This document shows, in pieces, positions 13,191-25,157 of a DNA stretch of 64,000 bases (its first letter is position 1; the number at the start of each line of letters is the position of its first letter). Made by a program: the position numbers and the translations under genes. The stretch comes from Mobula birostris (taxonomy: Eukaryota). The stretch covers positions 56,965,433-57,029,432 of the forward strand of contig NC_092385.1 in the NCBI RefSeq assembly GCF_030028105.1. The letters are read 5' to 3'. A model generated the notes under the pieces. It was not told the origin of the DNA, ran no database searches, and saw only the letters and a program-made list of their open reading frames with translations.

Positions 13191-14491
13191 ATGTTTGAGC
13201 TATGCTTAGCCACACAGTCATGGTTATACAGAGAGTAGAGCAGTGGGCTAAGCACACACCCCTGATGTGCGTCAGTGTTGATTGTCGGCGAGGAGGATAT
13301 GTTATCACCAATCCACACAGATTGTGGTCTTCTGGTTAGGAAGTCGAGGATCCAATTGCAGAGGGAGGTACAGAGGCCCAAGTTCTCCAACTTCTCAGTC
13401 AGGATTGTGGGAATGATGGTATTAAATGCTGAGCTATAGTCGCTGAACAGCATCCTGATGTAGGTGTTTGTGTTGTCCAGGTGGTCTAAAGCCGTGTGGA
13501 AAGCCATTGAGATTGTGTCTGCCATTAACCTATTGTGGCGATAGACAAATTGCAGTGAGTCCAGGTCCTTGCTGAGGCAGGAGTTCAGTCTAGTCATGAC
13601 CAACCTCTCAAAGCATTTCATCACTGTAGATGTGAGTGCTACCGGGCGATAGTCATTAAGGCAGCCCACGTTATTCTTCCTAGGCACTGGTATAACTGTT
13701 GCCTTTTTGAAGCAAGTGGGAACTTCTGCCTGTAGCAGTAAGAGGTTGAAAATGTCCTTGAATACTCCCGCAAATTGGTTGGCACAGGTTTTCAGAGCCT
13801 TACCAGGTATTCCATCGGGACCTTCCCCTCTTCAAGGACAGCCTAACATCGGCCTCTGAGATGGAGATCTCAGGGTCATCAGGTGCAGCAGGGATCTTCA
13901 CAGCTGTAGTTGTGTTCTCCCTTTCAAAAAGGGCACAGAAGGCGTTGAGTTCATCTGGTAGTGAAGCATCGCTGCCATTCATGCTATTGGGTTTCGCTTT
14001 GTAGGAGGTAATGTCTTGCAGACCCTGCCAGAGTTGCCGTGCATCCGATGTTGCCTCCAACTTCATTCAAAATTGTCTCTTAGCCCTTGAAATAGCTCTC
14101 TGCAAATTATACCTGGTTTTCTGGTACAGGCCTGGGTTGCCAGACTTGAATGCCACAGATCTAGCCTTCAGCAGACGACGTACCTCCTGGTTCATCCACG
14201 GCTTTTGGTTTGGGAATGTACAGCAAGTCTTTGTAGGCACACACTCATCCACACAGGTTTTAATGAAGTCGGTAACAACTGCAGCATACTCATCCCTGAT
14301 GAATCCCTGAATACAGTCCAGTCCACCGATTCAAAGCAGTCCTGTAGGCACTCCTGTGCTTCCCTTGTCCATACCTTCTTTTTCCTCACTGCTGGTGCTG
14401 CAGTCTTCAGTCTCTGCCTATACTCAGGGAGTAGAAGTACAGCTAGGCGATCAGACTTCCCAAAGTGAGGGCATGGAATAGCATGGTAGGC
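13191..14491 (-). mobile_element. Rex1/Babar-type LINE, endonuclease end to RT N-half (inverted segment), frameshifted
   Basis: Translations [74 protein letters not shown]. Confidence 0.92.
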
Positions 14492-15456
14492 TCTCTATAT
14501 ACACATGATTGTGTGGCTAAGCATAGCTCAAATGCCATCTATAAATTTGCTGTTGATACAACCATTGTTGGTAGAATCTCAGATGGAGATGAGAAGGTGT
14601 ACGGGAGTGAGATATGCCAACTAGTGGAATGGTACCACAGCAACAACCTGGCACTCAATGTCAGTAAGACAAAAGAGCTGATTGCGGACTTCAGGAAGGG
14701 TAAGACAAAGGAGCACATACCAGTCCTCATAAAGAGATCAGAAGTGGAGAGAATGAGCAATTTCAAGTTCCTTTCCTGGGTATCAAGATCTCTGAGGATC
14801 TAACCTGGTCCCAACATATCGATGTAGTTATAAAGGCTGCAAGGCAGTGACTATACTTCATCAGGAGTTTGAAGAGATTTGGCATGTCAACAAATACACT
14901 CAAAAACTTCTATAGATGTACCGTGGAGAGCATTCTGACAGACTGCATCACTGTCTGGTATGGGTGGCTACTGCACGGGACTGAAAGAAACTGCAGACGA
15001 TTGTAAATCTAGTCAGCTTCATTTTGGATACTAGCCTCCAAAGTACTCAGGTCATCTTTAGGGAGTGGTGTCTCAGAAAGGCAGTGTTCGTTATTAAGGA
15101 CCTCCAGCACCCAGGACATGCCCTTTTCTCACTGTTACCATCAGGTAGGCGGTACAGAAGCCTGAAGGCACACACTCAGCGATTCAGGAACAGCTTCTTC
15201 CCCTCTGCCATCCAATTACTAAACGGACACTACCTCACTTTTTTTTCCAATATACAGTATTTCTGTTTTTGCATGATTTAAAAAAATCTATTCAATATAC
15301 ATATACTTTAATTGATTTACTTTTTTATTTTTTTAACGTTTTATTTATTATTATTATTATTTTCTCTTCTAGACTATGTATTGCATTGAATTGCTGCTGC
15401 TAAGTTAACAAATTTCACGTCACATGCCGGTGATAATAAACCTGATTCTGATTCTG
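14492..15456 (+). mobile_element. Rex1/Babar-type LINE, RT C-half plus 3' UTR and (GATTCT)n tail
   Basis: [52 protein letters not shown]...RNSFFPSAI; ends AATAAACCTGATTCTGATTCTG. Confidence 0.92.
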
Positions 15457-15996
15457 TTATGGTATTGGGTTTGGTGACCGTGAAATTCTAAGCTCAGATG
15501 AAAACCTTAAACCTTATCCAACATGGGTAGCTATGGTTACCTTCTCTAAAAGGAGGATATACTGTGACTACAAAGATTATTTCCATGTTTATTTTCCGTG
15601 GTGAGTTTAGCTGCCAATACCCACTATTTGAGCAGTGGATCCTCCCTCCCTACCAAGAAGAAGCTACTTCCAGCTAACAATGTAGTTTAAAACACAGTTC
15701 ATTTATTTTCAGTGAAACACATTTAAGTCCAATCAACACTCTTAAAACATATTTAAAACTCACAGAGGATTTCTATCATATAAAATATTTCCAAGTTACA
15801 AACCATTTGTAAAATCCAAAGGATTTCCAAAACACAGGGACAATTCATATAATTCAATGATGCAGCCAAATGAATCGTCCATCACAGAAATCGAATCCAA
15901 AGGAATGGATTCCTGTCACCCTGTCTTCCTATCATTCTTCTTAATGTTCTTTAACCATTTCTAATAAGCCCAAATTTCTCCCTACATACGTCTATG

Positions 15997-16165
15997 AAAG
16001 TTCTCAGTCATCCAGGTCATTGTATGTCAAGCAGTAGTAAATCAAGACAATTGGACTTGCTATGTTGTCTAGAATATGTTTCGGCACTCGTCCCAACATA
16101 GGAGGGCTAACACCTCAGGTCAAGGCTGTATAACTACATCTAAAGGAAAAGGGACAGTCCTTTGA
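15997..16165. mobile_element. Small remnant of a second Penelope family (inverted terminal piece plus GIY-YIG fragment)
   Basis: 16094-16165 translates with one frameshift to QHRRANTSGQ..AV*LHLKEKGQSF, resembling the region after the GIY-YIG motif. The upstream part resembles a reversed Penelope terminus, recalled from family knowledge. Confidence 0.5.
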
Positions 16166-16769
16166 TATTTTCTCAGATACCTTTTTTAAACAAACCGTCT
16201 AAAAGCTTCTTGAAAAAAACATTTCCCAGCTACCGACAATTAATGCTGTGAAGTTGACGAGCTGAATAAACAACCCTTCAAGCGTATTAACACATCAGCC
16301 ATTTGATATGCTAAGTAATATTATCCATCTGTTTTGCAAACTTCCTTGAATAATTTGGCCTGTTTTGAAACAAGCCCAATTAAATAACCCATTGTCTTAC
16401 ACTGTAGCTCTTGAGAAGTCAGTCCAGGTGCTGTGACCCAACATCCTACTTTCTATAGACAGTGTGTCAGTCTGCAAAGCTGTCCTTTCAACTTCAAACT
16501 GATTATTGCTGGCCATTTACATAAAAAACTGAAGACTGGTTCCCATTTATGACTATCAGCTAAACAAAGAATATTAGTTGGAAGTTTGTTATTCAAAAAC
16601 AACCCTTTAATCTCCAGAAGTGCCAGCTGTTGTGTTTAGAAAACTGAGCTTGGCAAGAAAGACAAAAACGCAAACAACAGGAATTCTGCAGATGCTGGAA
16701 ATTCAAGCAACACACATCAAAGTTGCTGGTGAACGCAGCAGGCCAGGCAGCATCTCTAGGAAGAGGTAC

Positions 16770-16805
16770 AGTCGACGTTTCAGGCCGAGACTCTTCGTCA
16801 GGACT
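16770..16805 (-). ncRNA. Minimal type I hammerhead ribozyme motif in the left pLTR
   Basis: Minus strand AGTC-CTGACGA-AGAGTCTCGGCCT-GAAAC-GTC-GACT: intact CUGANGA, GAAA and GUC boxes; stem I AGUC/GACU; stem II weakened. Confidence 0.75.
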
Positions 16806-17123
16806 AACTGAAGGAAGAGTGAGTAACGGATTTGAAAGTGGGAGGGGGAGATCCAAAATGATAGGAGAAGACAGGAGGGGGAAGGGATGGAGCCAAGAGC
16901 TGGACAGGTGATAGGCAAAAGGGATATGAGAGGATCATGGGACAGGAGGTCTGGGGAGAAAGACAAGGGGGGGGGACCCAGAAGGTGGGCAAGGGGTATA
17001 GTCAGAGGGACAAAGGGGGAAAAAGAAGAGTGAGAGAAAGAATGTGTGTATAAAAATAAATAGTGGATGGCGTACGAGGGGGAGGTGGGGTATTAGAGGA
17101 AGTGAGAGAGGTCGATGTTCATG

Positions 17124-18896
17124 TTGTAGTCTGGCATACTGACCACTACCTTGCCGAGGCACAGCGACAACTTGCGGATACCTCCTCTTATTTACCCCTC
17201 GATTGTGACGCCACTAAGGAGCACCAGGCCATTGTCTCCCACACCATCACCGACTTTATCCGCTCAGGGGATCTCCCATCCACTGCTACCAACCTTATAG
17301 TTCCCACACCCCGCACTTCCCGTTTCTACCTCCTATCCAAGATCCACAAACCTGCCTGTCCTGGCAGACCTATTGTCTCAGCTTGCTCCTGCCCCACCGA
17401 ACTCGTTTCTGCATACCTCGACACGGTTTTATCCCCCCCTGTTCAATCTCTTCCTACCTATGTTCGTGACACTTCTCACGCTCTTAAACTTTTCGATGAT
17501 TTTAAGTTCCCTAGCCCCCACCGCTTTATTTTCACCATGGATGTCCAGTCCCTATATACTTCCATCCCCCATCAGGAAAGTCTCAAAGCTCTCCGCTTCT
17601 TTTTGGATTCCAGACCCAATCAGTTCCCTTCTACCACCGCTCTGCTCCGTCTAGCGGAATTAGTACTTACTCCTAATAATTTTTCCTTTGGCTCCTCCCA
17701 CTTCCTCCAAACTAAAGATGTAGCTATGGGCACCCGTATGGGTCCTAGCTATGCCTGCCTTTTTGTTGGCTTTGTGGAACAATCTATGTTCTGTGCCTAT
17801 TCTGGTATCTGTCCCCCCACTTTTCCTTCGCTACATCAACGACTGCATTGGCACTGCTTCCTGCACGCATGCTGAGCTCATTGACTTTATTAACTTTGCC
17901 TCCAACTTTCACCCTGCCCTCAAGTTTACCTGGTTCATTTCCGACACTTCCCTCTCCTTTCTAGATCTTTCTGTCTCTGTCTCTGGAGACAGCTTATCCA
18001 CTGTTGTCTACTATAAGCCTACTGACTCTCACAGCTATCTGGACTATTCCTCTTCGCACCCTGTCTCTTGCAAAAATGCCATCCCCTTCTCGCAATTCCT
18101 CTGTCTCCGCCGCATCTGCTCTCAGGATGAGGCTTTTCATTCTAGGACGAGGGAGATGTCCTCCTTTTTTAAAGAAAGGGGCTTCCCTTCCTCCACTATC
18201 AACTCTGCTCTTAAACGCATCTCCCCCATTTCACGTACATCTGCTCTGACTCCATCCTCCCGCCACCCCACTAGGAATAGGGTTCCCCTTGCCCTCACCT
18301 ACCACCCCACCAGCCTCCGGGTCCGACATATTATTCTCCGTAACTTCTGCCACCTCCAACAGGATCCCACTAAGCACATCTTTCCCTCCCCCCCCCCCCC
18401 AGCTTTCTGCAGGGATCGCTCCCTATGCGACTTCCTTGTCCATTCATCCCCCCGGTTCCTCCCCACTGATCTCCCTCCTGGCACTTATCCGTGTAAGCGG
18501 AACAAGTGCTACACATGCCCTTACACTTCCTCCCTTACCACCATTCAGGGCCCCAGACAGTCCTTCCAGGTGAGGCGACACTTCACCTGTGAGTCGGCTG
18601 GGGTGATATACTGCGTCCAGTGCTCCCGATGTGGCCTTCTATATATTGGTGAGACCTGACGCAGACTGGGAGACCGTTTCGCTGAACACCTACGCTCTGT
18701 CCGCCAGAGAAAGCAGGATCTCCCAGTGGCCACACATTTTAATTCCACATCCCATTCCCATTCTGACATGTCTATCCACGGCCTCCTCTACTGTAAAGAT
18801 GAAGCCACACTCAGGTTGGAGGAACAACACCTTATATTCCGTCTGGGTAGCCTCCAATCTGATGGCATGAACATTGACTTCACTAACTTCCGCTAA
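17124..18896 (+). pseudogene. Penelope reverse transcriptase plus GIY-YIG endonuclease ORF, disrupted
   Basis: FYLLSKIHK..PGRPIVS, TMDVQSLYTSIP, AMGTRMGPSYA, LRYINDC, VYYKPTD, VIYCVQCSRCGLLYIGET; frameshift near 17820 and stop at 18657. Confidence 0.93.
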
Positions 18897-19178
18897 TGCC
18901 CCACCTCCCCCTTGTACCCCATCCATTATTTATTTTTATACACACATTCTTTTTCTCACTCTCCTTTTTCTCCCTCTGTCCCTCTGAATATACCCCTTGC
19001 CCATCCTTTGGTTCCCCCCCCCCGTCTTTCTCCCCAGACCTCCTGTCCCATGATCCTCTCCTGCCAATCACCTGTCCAGCTCTTGGCTCCATCCCTCCCC
19101 CTCCTGTCTTCTCCTATCATTTTGGATCTCCCCCTCCCCCCACCACTTTCAAATCTCTTACTCACTCTTCCTTCAGTT

Positions 19179-19214
19179 AGTCCTAACGAAGGGTCTCGGC
19201 CCGAAACGTCAACT
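19179..19214 (+). ncRNA. Minimal type I hammerhead motif in the right pLTR, core mutated
   Basis: AGTC-CTAACGA-AGGGTCTCGGCCC-GAAAC-GTC-AACT; CUGA changed to CUAA. Confidence 0.7.
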
Positions 19215-19329
19215 GTACCTCTTCCTAGAAATGCTGCCTGGCCTGCTGCGTTCACCAGCAACTTTGATGTGTGTTGCTTGGCAAGAAAGATGATGGATGC
19301 CCCCTCACCCAGAAAGTGAATGTCCATCA

Positions 19330-19890
19330 CAAATAAAAAATACAAAAATAACCAAAACAAAACTAAATAATGTAAAAGAGGAATGGTGAGGTAGTGTTCA
19401 TGGACTGTTCAGAAATCTGATTGAAGAGGGGAAGAATTGTTCCTGGGATGTTGACTGAGGGTCTTCAGGCTCCTGTACCGCTCCTCTGATGCAGTAATAA
19501 GAGGATGTCCCGGATGCTGAGGGTCCTTAATGAAGGATGCTGCCTCCTTTGGGCACAACCTTTTGAAGGTGTGCAGGGTGGGGAGGATTGTGCCCGTGAC
19601 GGGTCTGCCTGAGTCTACAACCCTCTGCAGCCTCTTTTGATCCTGCACATTGGACCCTCCACACCAGCCAGTGATGTGATCAGTCAGAATGTTCTCCACC
19701 CTACTTCTGTAGAAATCTGTAAACATTGTAGAAAATCATACGAGAAAGAAAACAACATGAACAAAGAAAAGCCCACTGTAGTGCGGAGTCTTCAAAGCTT
19801 TGCTGTACCAAGGTAGTAATCAGGTTGTTTCAAGAACTGAATAGTTGAAAGGAATTAGTTGTTCTTGAACCTGGTTGTGTGGGACTTCAA
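19330..19890 (-). mobile_element. Rex1-type LINE 3' fragments
   Basis: FYRSRVENILTDHITGWCG..KRLQRVV..IKDPQHPGH..RYRSLK. Confidence 0.8.
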
Positions 19891-19904
19891 ACAAATTTCT
19901 ACAG

Positions 19905-20101
19905 GTATACTGGAAACGGGCGTATCGAGGGTCGGTGTCACGGCAGGAGACCCATGTGTCGTCGGGGGAGTCGGAATATCTACGGCCGTGTGCCCAGATC
20001 TTTGGGCACAGAGCTCAAAAAAAAGCGACGTAACAGACTTTTAACATCGTAAACCAATGAGATGTTTGTTATGCCTCCCCACTCACTGTGAAAATGGAGA
20101 C

Positions 20102-20141
<40 letters not shown>

Positions 20142-20483
20142 AGGAAGAGAGAAAGCCTGTGGTATGTCAAGTGCCGGGTGAACAATGTAGTCTTTGGGGT
20201 AACTGTTAGTCTGTGTCTTTGCTGTTGCCTTGCTCACGCTTGAGTGCTCGGTGGCGGGTGCCAGAGCTTTTTTTTCCCAGTGGGGGGAGCGAGGATCATT
20301 GCTTGCCGCCACTTACACACAGGAGAGAGGAAAGCTGGGGGTAATTTGGGGTTCTAACATTTAACTGTCATTCATTCTTTGTGGCACTCAACTGTTTTCA
20401 TGGATGGCTTCGAAGAAAAGGCATATCAGAATGTATATTGTATACATTTTTCTGACATTAAATGTACCTTTGAAACTTTTGAA
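19905..20483 (+). mobile_element. Unclassified non-coding interspersed repeat with an ACCTTTGA-type tail
   Basis: Its 3' part TTTGGGGTTCTAACATTTAACTGTCATTCATTC...GACATTAAATGTACCTTTGAA recurs at ~36840, ~42080 and ~47190. Confidence 0.7.
20104..20137 (+). repeat. (CT)n microsatellite
   Basis: About 17 uninterrupted CT units. Confidence 0.95.
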
Positions 20484-20553
20484 ATGTCTGGTGTGGAGGG
20501 GCCATTGTACAGAGTCAGAAAAAAACTGCAGAGGGTTGTAACCCAGCAATCTC

Positions 20554-22078
20554 TGCTGTGTGTTTAGTTTTTCAATAATATTGTAATATATTGTTTGATT
20601 AACCATTCCTGTACATTTAATATGTAAAAGTAAGTAAATGGCATACGTTATCACTCTACAATCTTATACATCTGCGCCTCACTTAAGGTAAAAAAATTAA
20701 ACTAAGACCTATTCTCCTGGATTGCCATCTTTTTCTTGTAATTAGATTTATATTTTGGAGTTACAGAAATGTAACAGTGGTGACGAGATATTTTTTAAAC
20801 GAACCTGAGACAACTACTTACTTACTGAAATAGAGTGAGATGTTCCAGCATGTGTCTCTTCAGAAAGGAGAGAGAGAACATAATTGGGTTTTTTTAAAAA
20901 AGCCAGAAAATGAACAAATTCATGGGTTCATAAATAATGTGTGCCGGGTGAAAATATCGTAAATTTTTAAAAAAGCAAAAATGGCTAGCTACATTGGATA
21001 GATGGACACGTTCAATTGCACAAGAGACAAATTGATTTTGTATACTGAACAGATTGAGCAGTATTTTGAAGCAAATGACATAGCCAATGAGAATCAAATA
21101 CCAGTTTTGCTAAGTGCATTGGGTTTAAAGGCATACAGCTTGGTTAGAAGTTTGACTGCTCCAACCAAACCATCAGAAATTGGCTTTGCTGATATCAGGA
21201 AAGTGATGCAGGACTATTTGAAACAAAAGCCATTGTTGATTATAGGGCTCTTTAGGCTCCAGAAGCAAAATCAAAAGGAAGGGAAGTCCATTTTAACATA
21301 CATGACTGAATTGAAAAGACTGTCTGAGCATTGTCAGTTCAATGATGATCTTAATGATGATCTAGGAGACCATTCAATTTGTGAAATCTCACAAGAAATT
21401 ATTCAAAAATGTCTCCTAACTGAAGCACAACTTACATTTAAAAAGCAGTTAAACTTACTGTATCAATGGAGACCGCAGACAGAGACACAATTGAGTTGCA
21501 GTCAGGAATGAAAGTGGGCGTGAACAAAATTGCAATGACTAAACAGAAACATGCCTGGCCAAACAAATTGTGAAACTGTTGTAGCAGGGGCTCACCTTCA
21601 CCAGGCTAATGCAGGTTGAAAGGTGACGCTTGCAGAAAATGCAACAAAGTGGGGCACACACAAAGAGCACGTTGGCCAGACAAAAATAAGTGGACTGCAC
21701 AGGGAAGAGAAACAGATAAAAAGTTAAGTTGTAGTTTCAAAAAGGGCACTAACCTGCATGCTGTTGATGAAAAATCTGATCATGATGACAGTGACACAGG
21801 ACTGAGTAGCCTTGAGATTTAAAATGTAAAAACTGACAAGAAACGAGCAATTTGGCTTACACCAGAAATGAATGGCAAATTAATTAAAATGGAATGAGGC
21901 ACCGGCTTGGCTGTTTCAGTCATTCCACAAAATGAGTTTGAACAGCATTTCAAAGATCCTGAACTGAAGCCTACAGTTATCCAAATAAAAACTTGCACTG
22001 GAGAAAGGATAACTCCTGTGGGAATGGCCTTTGTATCAGTGCAATTAGATTTATGTTCTGGAGTTACAGAACATAACA
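20554..22078 (+). mobile_element. Gypsy (Mag-like) LTR retrotransposon, internally deleted: 5' LTR, PBS, gag, protease, stub of 3' LTR
   Basis: TG..CA LTR 20554-20776; PBS TGGTGACGAG 20778-20787 (near-complement of the tRNA-Ser(GCU) 3' end); gag YTEQIEQYFEAN, CRKCNKVGH; LTR end repeated at ~22043-22078; flanks ATCTC/ATTTC. Confidence 0.88.
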
Positions 22079-22457
22079 ATTTCCATCATGGGCACTGGTC
22101 CCATCACTATCGAGGACATCTGCAAAAGGTGGCGCCTCAAAAATGTGGCATCCACCATTAAAGACCCCCACGTCCGAGGACATGCCCTCTTCTCATTGTT
22201 GCCATCAGAGTGAAGCTACAGGAGCCTGGAGACACAATACTCAACATTTTAAGGACAGCTTTTTCCCCTCTGCCATCAGATTTCAACGGACAATAAACCC
22301 ATGAACATCCTCTCACTATTTTTACTCTTTTCGCAATACTTACTCATTTTTTTAGTATTTCTTATTGTCACATAGTAATTTTACATTATCTACACTGTAC
22401 TGCTGCTGTAAAACAACCAATATCACAATATATCTCAGTGATAAAACCGGTTCTGAT
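22079..22457 (+). mobile_element. Rex1-type 3' fragment (its 5' part is at 20484-20553, split by the Gypsy element)
   Basis: KKLQRVV on the left continues as SIMGT..TIEDI..IKDP on the right; tail GTGATAAAACCGGTTCTGATT. Confidence 0.8.
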
Positions 22458-23289
22458 TGCCACGCTGGCCCGGCCTCCTTGTGATTGTGTCTCTGTGCTC
22501 GATCCACGACAAGTCACCTGATCATATTAACACCAAGGAATTTAAAGCTGCCGACTCCCTTCACGAATGTAGACTGCCGCAGATGCTGGGAGATGGGAGT
22601 TGGAGGGGAAAAAAACGGGCTGTAAATGGAGGCAGCCCTTTCACTACGGCCAAAGACTCCTGCTTGTGAAGTTTCAGGGTTGGAATTTGAACCTGCAGCG
22701 TTTTGACAGAGGTCTGAATTATGGCTGTCACCTGGAGGCCAAGGGAGGAGACAGAGAAATCAATGCTTCTGATACCTCGGGACAAAAGCAATAACTTGTC
22801 TTATGATGTTTTTGTTAATCTGAAAAAAATGACACAATCTCAGGCCAAGATGTCCCAGACCAGCTAGAATTTCTGTGTAGGATTTAAGGCATTTGTCTGG
22901 GAAGCTAATTGATGAATCAGGTGTGAGCAGCTGTGTTTACCAAGTGACATCATTCTGATCCAGTTACAATAACTGGGGAAGATAGGAGTTGATGTAATAT
23001 GTCCTTGAATTGGGAGTCAGTGCTGCTGGAATGCTAATAATGTTTATAATGCCTTTCATTGTTGTGTAAATAGGAGGCTTGTGTTCAGTTCAGAGTGTCC
23101 CGTTGTGTTAATTGTTGTCTCCTTTCAATCTCCCCCTCATTCAATGCATTCACACTGACTTCAGTCCAACTAACCACCTGCTTTTTCTCTCCTTTACCAA
23201 ACTAGTCTGGAGTCACTGAAAGACCTCTCACCTCCATGTCAGGTCAGGACAGGCACCACCCAAACAATAACATGACAGCTCGAGCCAGT

Positions 23290-23695
23290 GTACAGTTAAA
23301 AAGTACGGAAGTAGGCTTTTCAACCCAACTTGTCCTCGCCAAACAAGTTGCCTACCTGAGCTAGTCTCAGTTGCCCGTGCTTAGCCCATAACCCTTTAAA
23401 CCTTTTCTTTCCGTGTTCCCGTCTGCATTTATTTTAAATGTGCCCCCACCATCACTTTCACTGGCACCTTGATCCACTGACCCACCACCCTCTCTGAAAA
23501 ACTTGCTCCTCACATCCACTTGAAACTTCTTCCCTCTCACTTTAAACCTGAGCCCACTAGAACGGTACAGGCCCTTCAGCCCACGATATTGTGCTGAATG
23601 CCTAATCACTCTAACTCTTTCCTCCTGCATAACCCTCCAACTCTCTATCATCCACATGCCTATCTAAGAGTTTCTTAAATATCTCTGCCTCTACC
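23290..23695 (-). mobile_element. CR1-type LINE 3' fragments
   Basis: LRFKVRGKKFQVDVRSKFF and a GGGCTGAAGGGCCTGT 3' UTR motif. Confidence 0.7.
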
Positions 23696-23739
23696 TAACG
23701 GCAACTCCTTCACTTGCATCTTCGGAAACAGCTTTTTTC

Positions 23740-23931
23740 TATCTTTGATATCTCTTTTTTTCATGGTTAGTTACTATGAGATTGGGAGGCTAAACTATAT
23801 TTGTTACTTGAAATCTGTGCCTGTACATGTTAACCACTATTAATGTAATCCCGATCTCTTTGTGTTGTTCCTATTATTGTTATGTTTATCAATTTTGAAA
23901 CTTAATAAAAAGATTGAAGAAGAAAGAAAGA
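23740..23931 (+). mobile_element. L1-like 3' UTR stub with AATAAA and GAAA-rich tail
   Basis: T-rich stretch ending AATAAAAAGATTGAAGAAGAAAGAAAGA. Confidence 0.45.
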
Positions 23932-24669
23932 TAATCTCTTTTTTTCCCCTTTCTTTTGAAGACCCTGACCTGGAGTTACATGGTTCTTTATGAAAATGGG
24001 ACCTGCTCTCAGGACCTCACGATCGGCTGCTTTTCGATATGCCAAGGACATGGCCTGGAAGACTAGTGCGTCTTCAGGGTCCCAGATTTTCATGGCTCTG
24101 GAGACGGGCTGATTCAAGGCTGGGTATAATTTGTTTATTAGTTGTGATTGCTGCTTATGTGATGCCAAGCACCTGTGAAGTTACTGCAAGTAGGTTCTTC
24201 ATCACACCTGTACATACAGTAAATCCAACCTTCACTTTGCATCTCCCTTTGCCAGTCACACCTCCTCACCTGGATGCATCTATCACATGCCGACCCTTGC
24301 CTCACCCCTTTCCCCTTACTCCTTTATGCAACCTAACGATGTGCCGGGGGCAACCCGCAAGTGTTGGCAGACATTCCAGTTCCAACATAGCATGTCCACC
24401 ATGCTCAGAGAACACCATGAGTAACTACAACAAAACAATGGTAAAGCAAGTGTCTTCCCCACCCTCCCACCCTGGAGAAAGAAGAAAACCAGACTATCCA
24501 TCTATTATTGATAGAAGTACTGAATTCAGACACAAAGTCACTCTCTACCCTGTAACCTTGCAAGATCCCCCTGACACCCCTCCCTTATCCAGTCTCAGAA
24601 ACATAACTCTATGGATCTCCTCAAGTTCGGCTTTAAGACATACATACATGGGGTATAAATACCATGAAG

Positions 24670-25155
24670 ATCAGCTTTTTGCAGCAGCAGCTCAGAACAT
24701 TACAAAACAGGAACATAATGTAAACTTAAATTAGCATAAATAGTGCATAAATTATACATAAGAAAAAATAAAATAGACATTACTAAAGTAAGATTGAGAG
24801 AGGGAAAAGAATTTATAGTCTGGTTAGTGCTGAAGCTTTTCTGTCAATTCAAGAACCTGATGGCAATGGGGAAAAAGCTGCTGTTGAACCTTGAGTTCTA
24901 GATACTTGCCAGTCTGTATCTTCTGCCTAATCGCAGCGTCAAGAAAAGGACATGGCCTGGCTGACGGGGGTCTCTGGTGATGGATGTCATTACCTGAGAT
25001 ATGACCTCTTGTAAATGTCCTCAGTGATGGGGAGAGGTGAACTTGTAGTGGAACTACCTGAGTCCATACTTTATAGGTTCTTGCCTTCCTCTGCATTAGC
25101 ATTTCCAGACCAAGTCATGATGCAAACTGTCAGAAGGCTTTTCTCTGTATAAGTG
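24670..25155 (-). mobile_element. Old Rex1-type 3' fragment
   Basis: Degenerate match to the reverse complement of 14930-15420. Confidence 0.65.
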
Positions 25156-25157
25156 TA

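Larger units (their letters stand above)
16663..19280 (+). mobile_element. Penelope-like element, 5'-truncated, with inverted pseudo-LTRs and target-site duplication
   Basis: 16705-17123 is the reverse complement of 18866-19280; GCTTGGCAAGAAAGA occurs at 16648-16662 and 19276-19290; RT and GIY-YIG coding sequence lies between. Confidence 0.95.

Noticed and set aside
12596-13687. 363-aa ORF fusing RT to the His-rich repeat
   Set aside because: Chance read-through from a broken LINE across a tail remnant into the satellite; the RT catalytic half is absent.
24039-24734. 231-aa plus-strand ORF
   Set aside because: No recognisable domain; it crosses a pLTR-like remnant (~24255-24320) and ends in a LINE tail.
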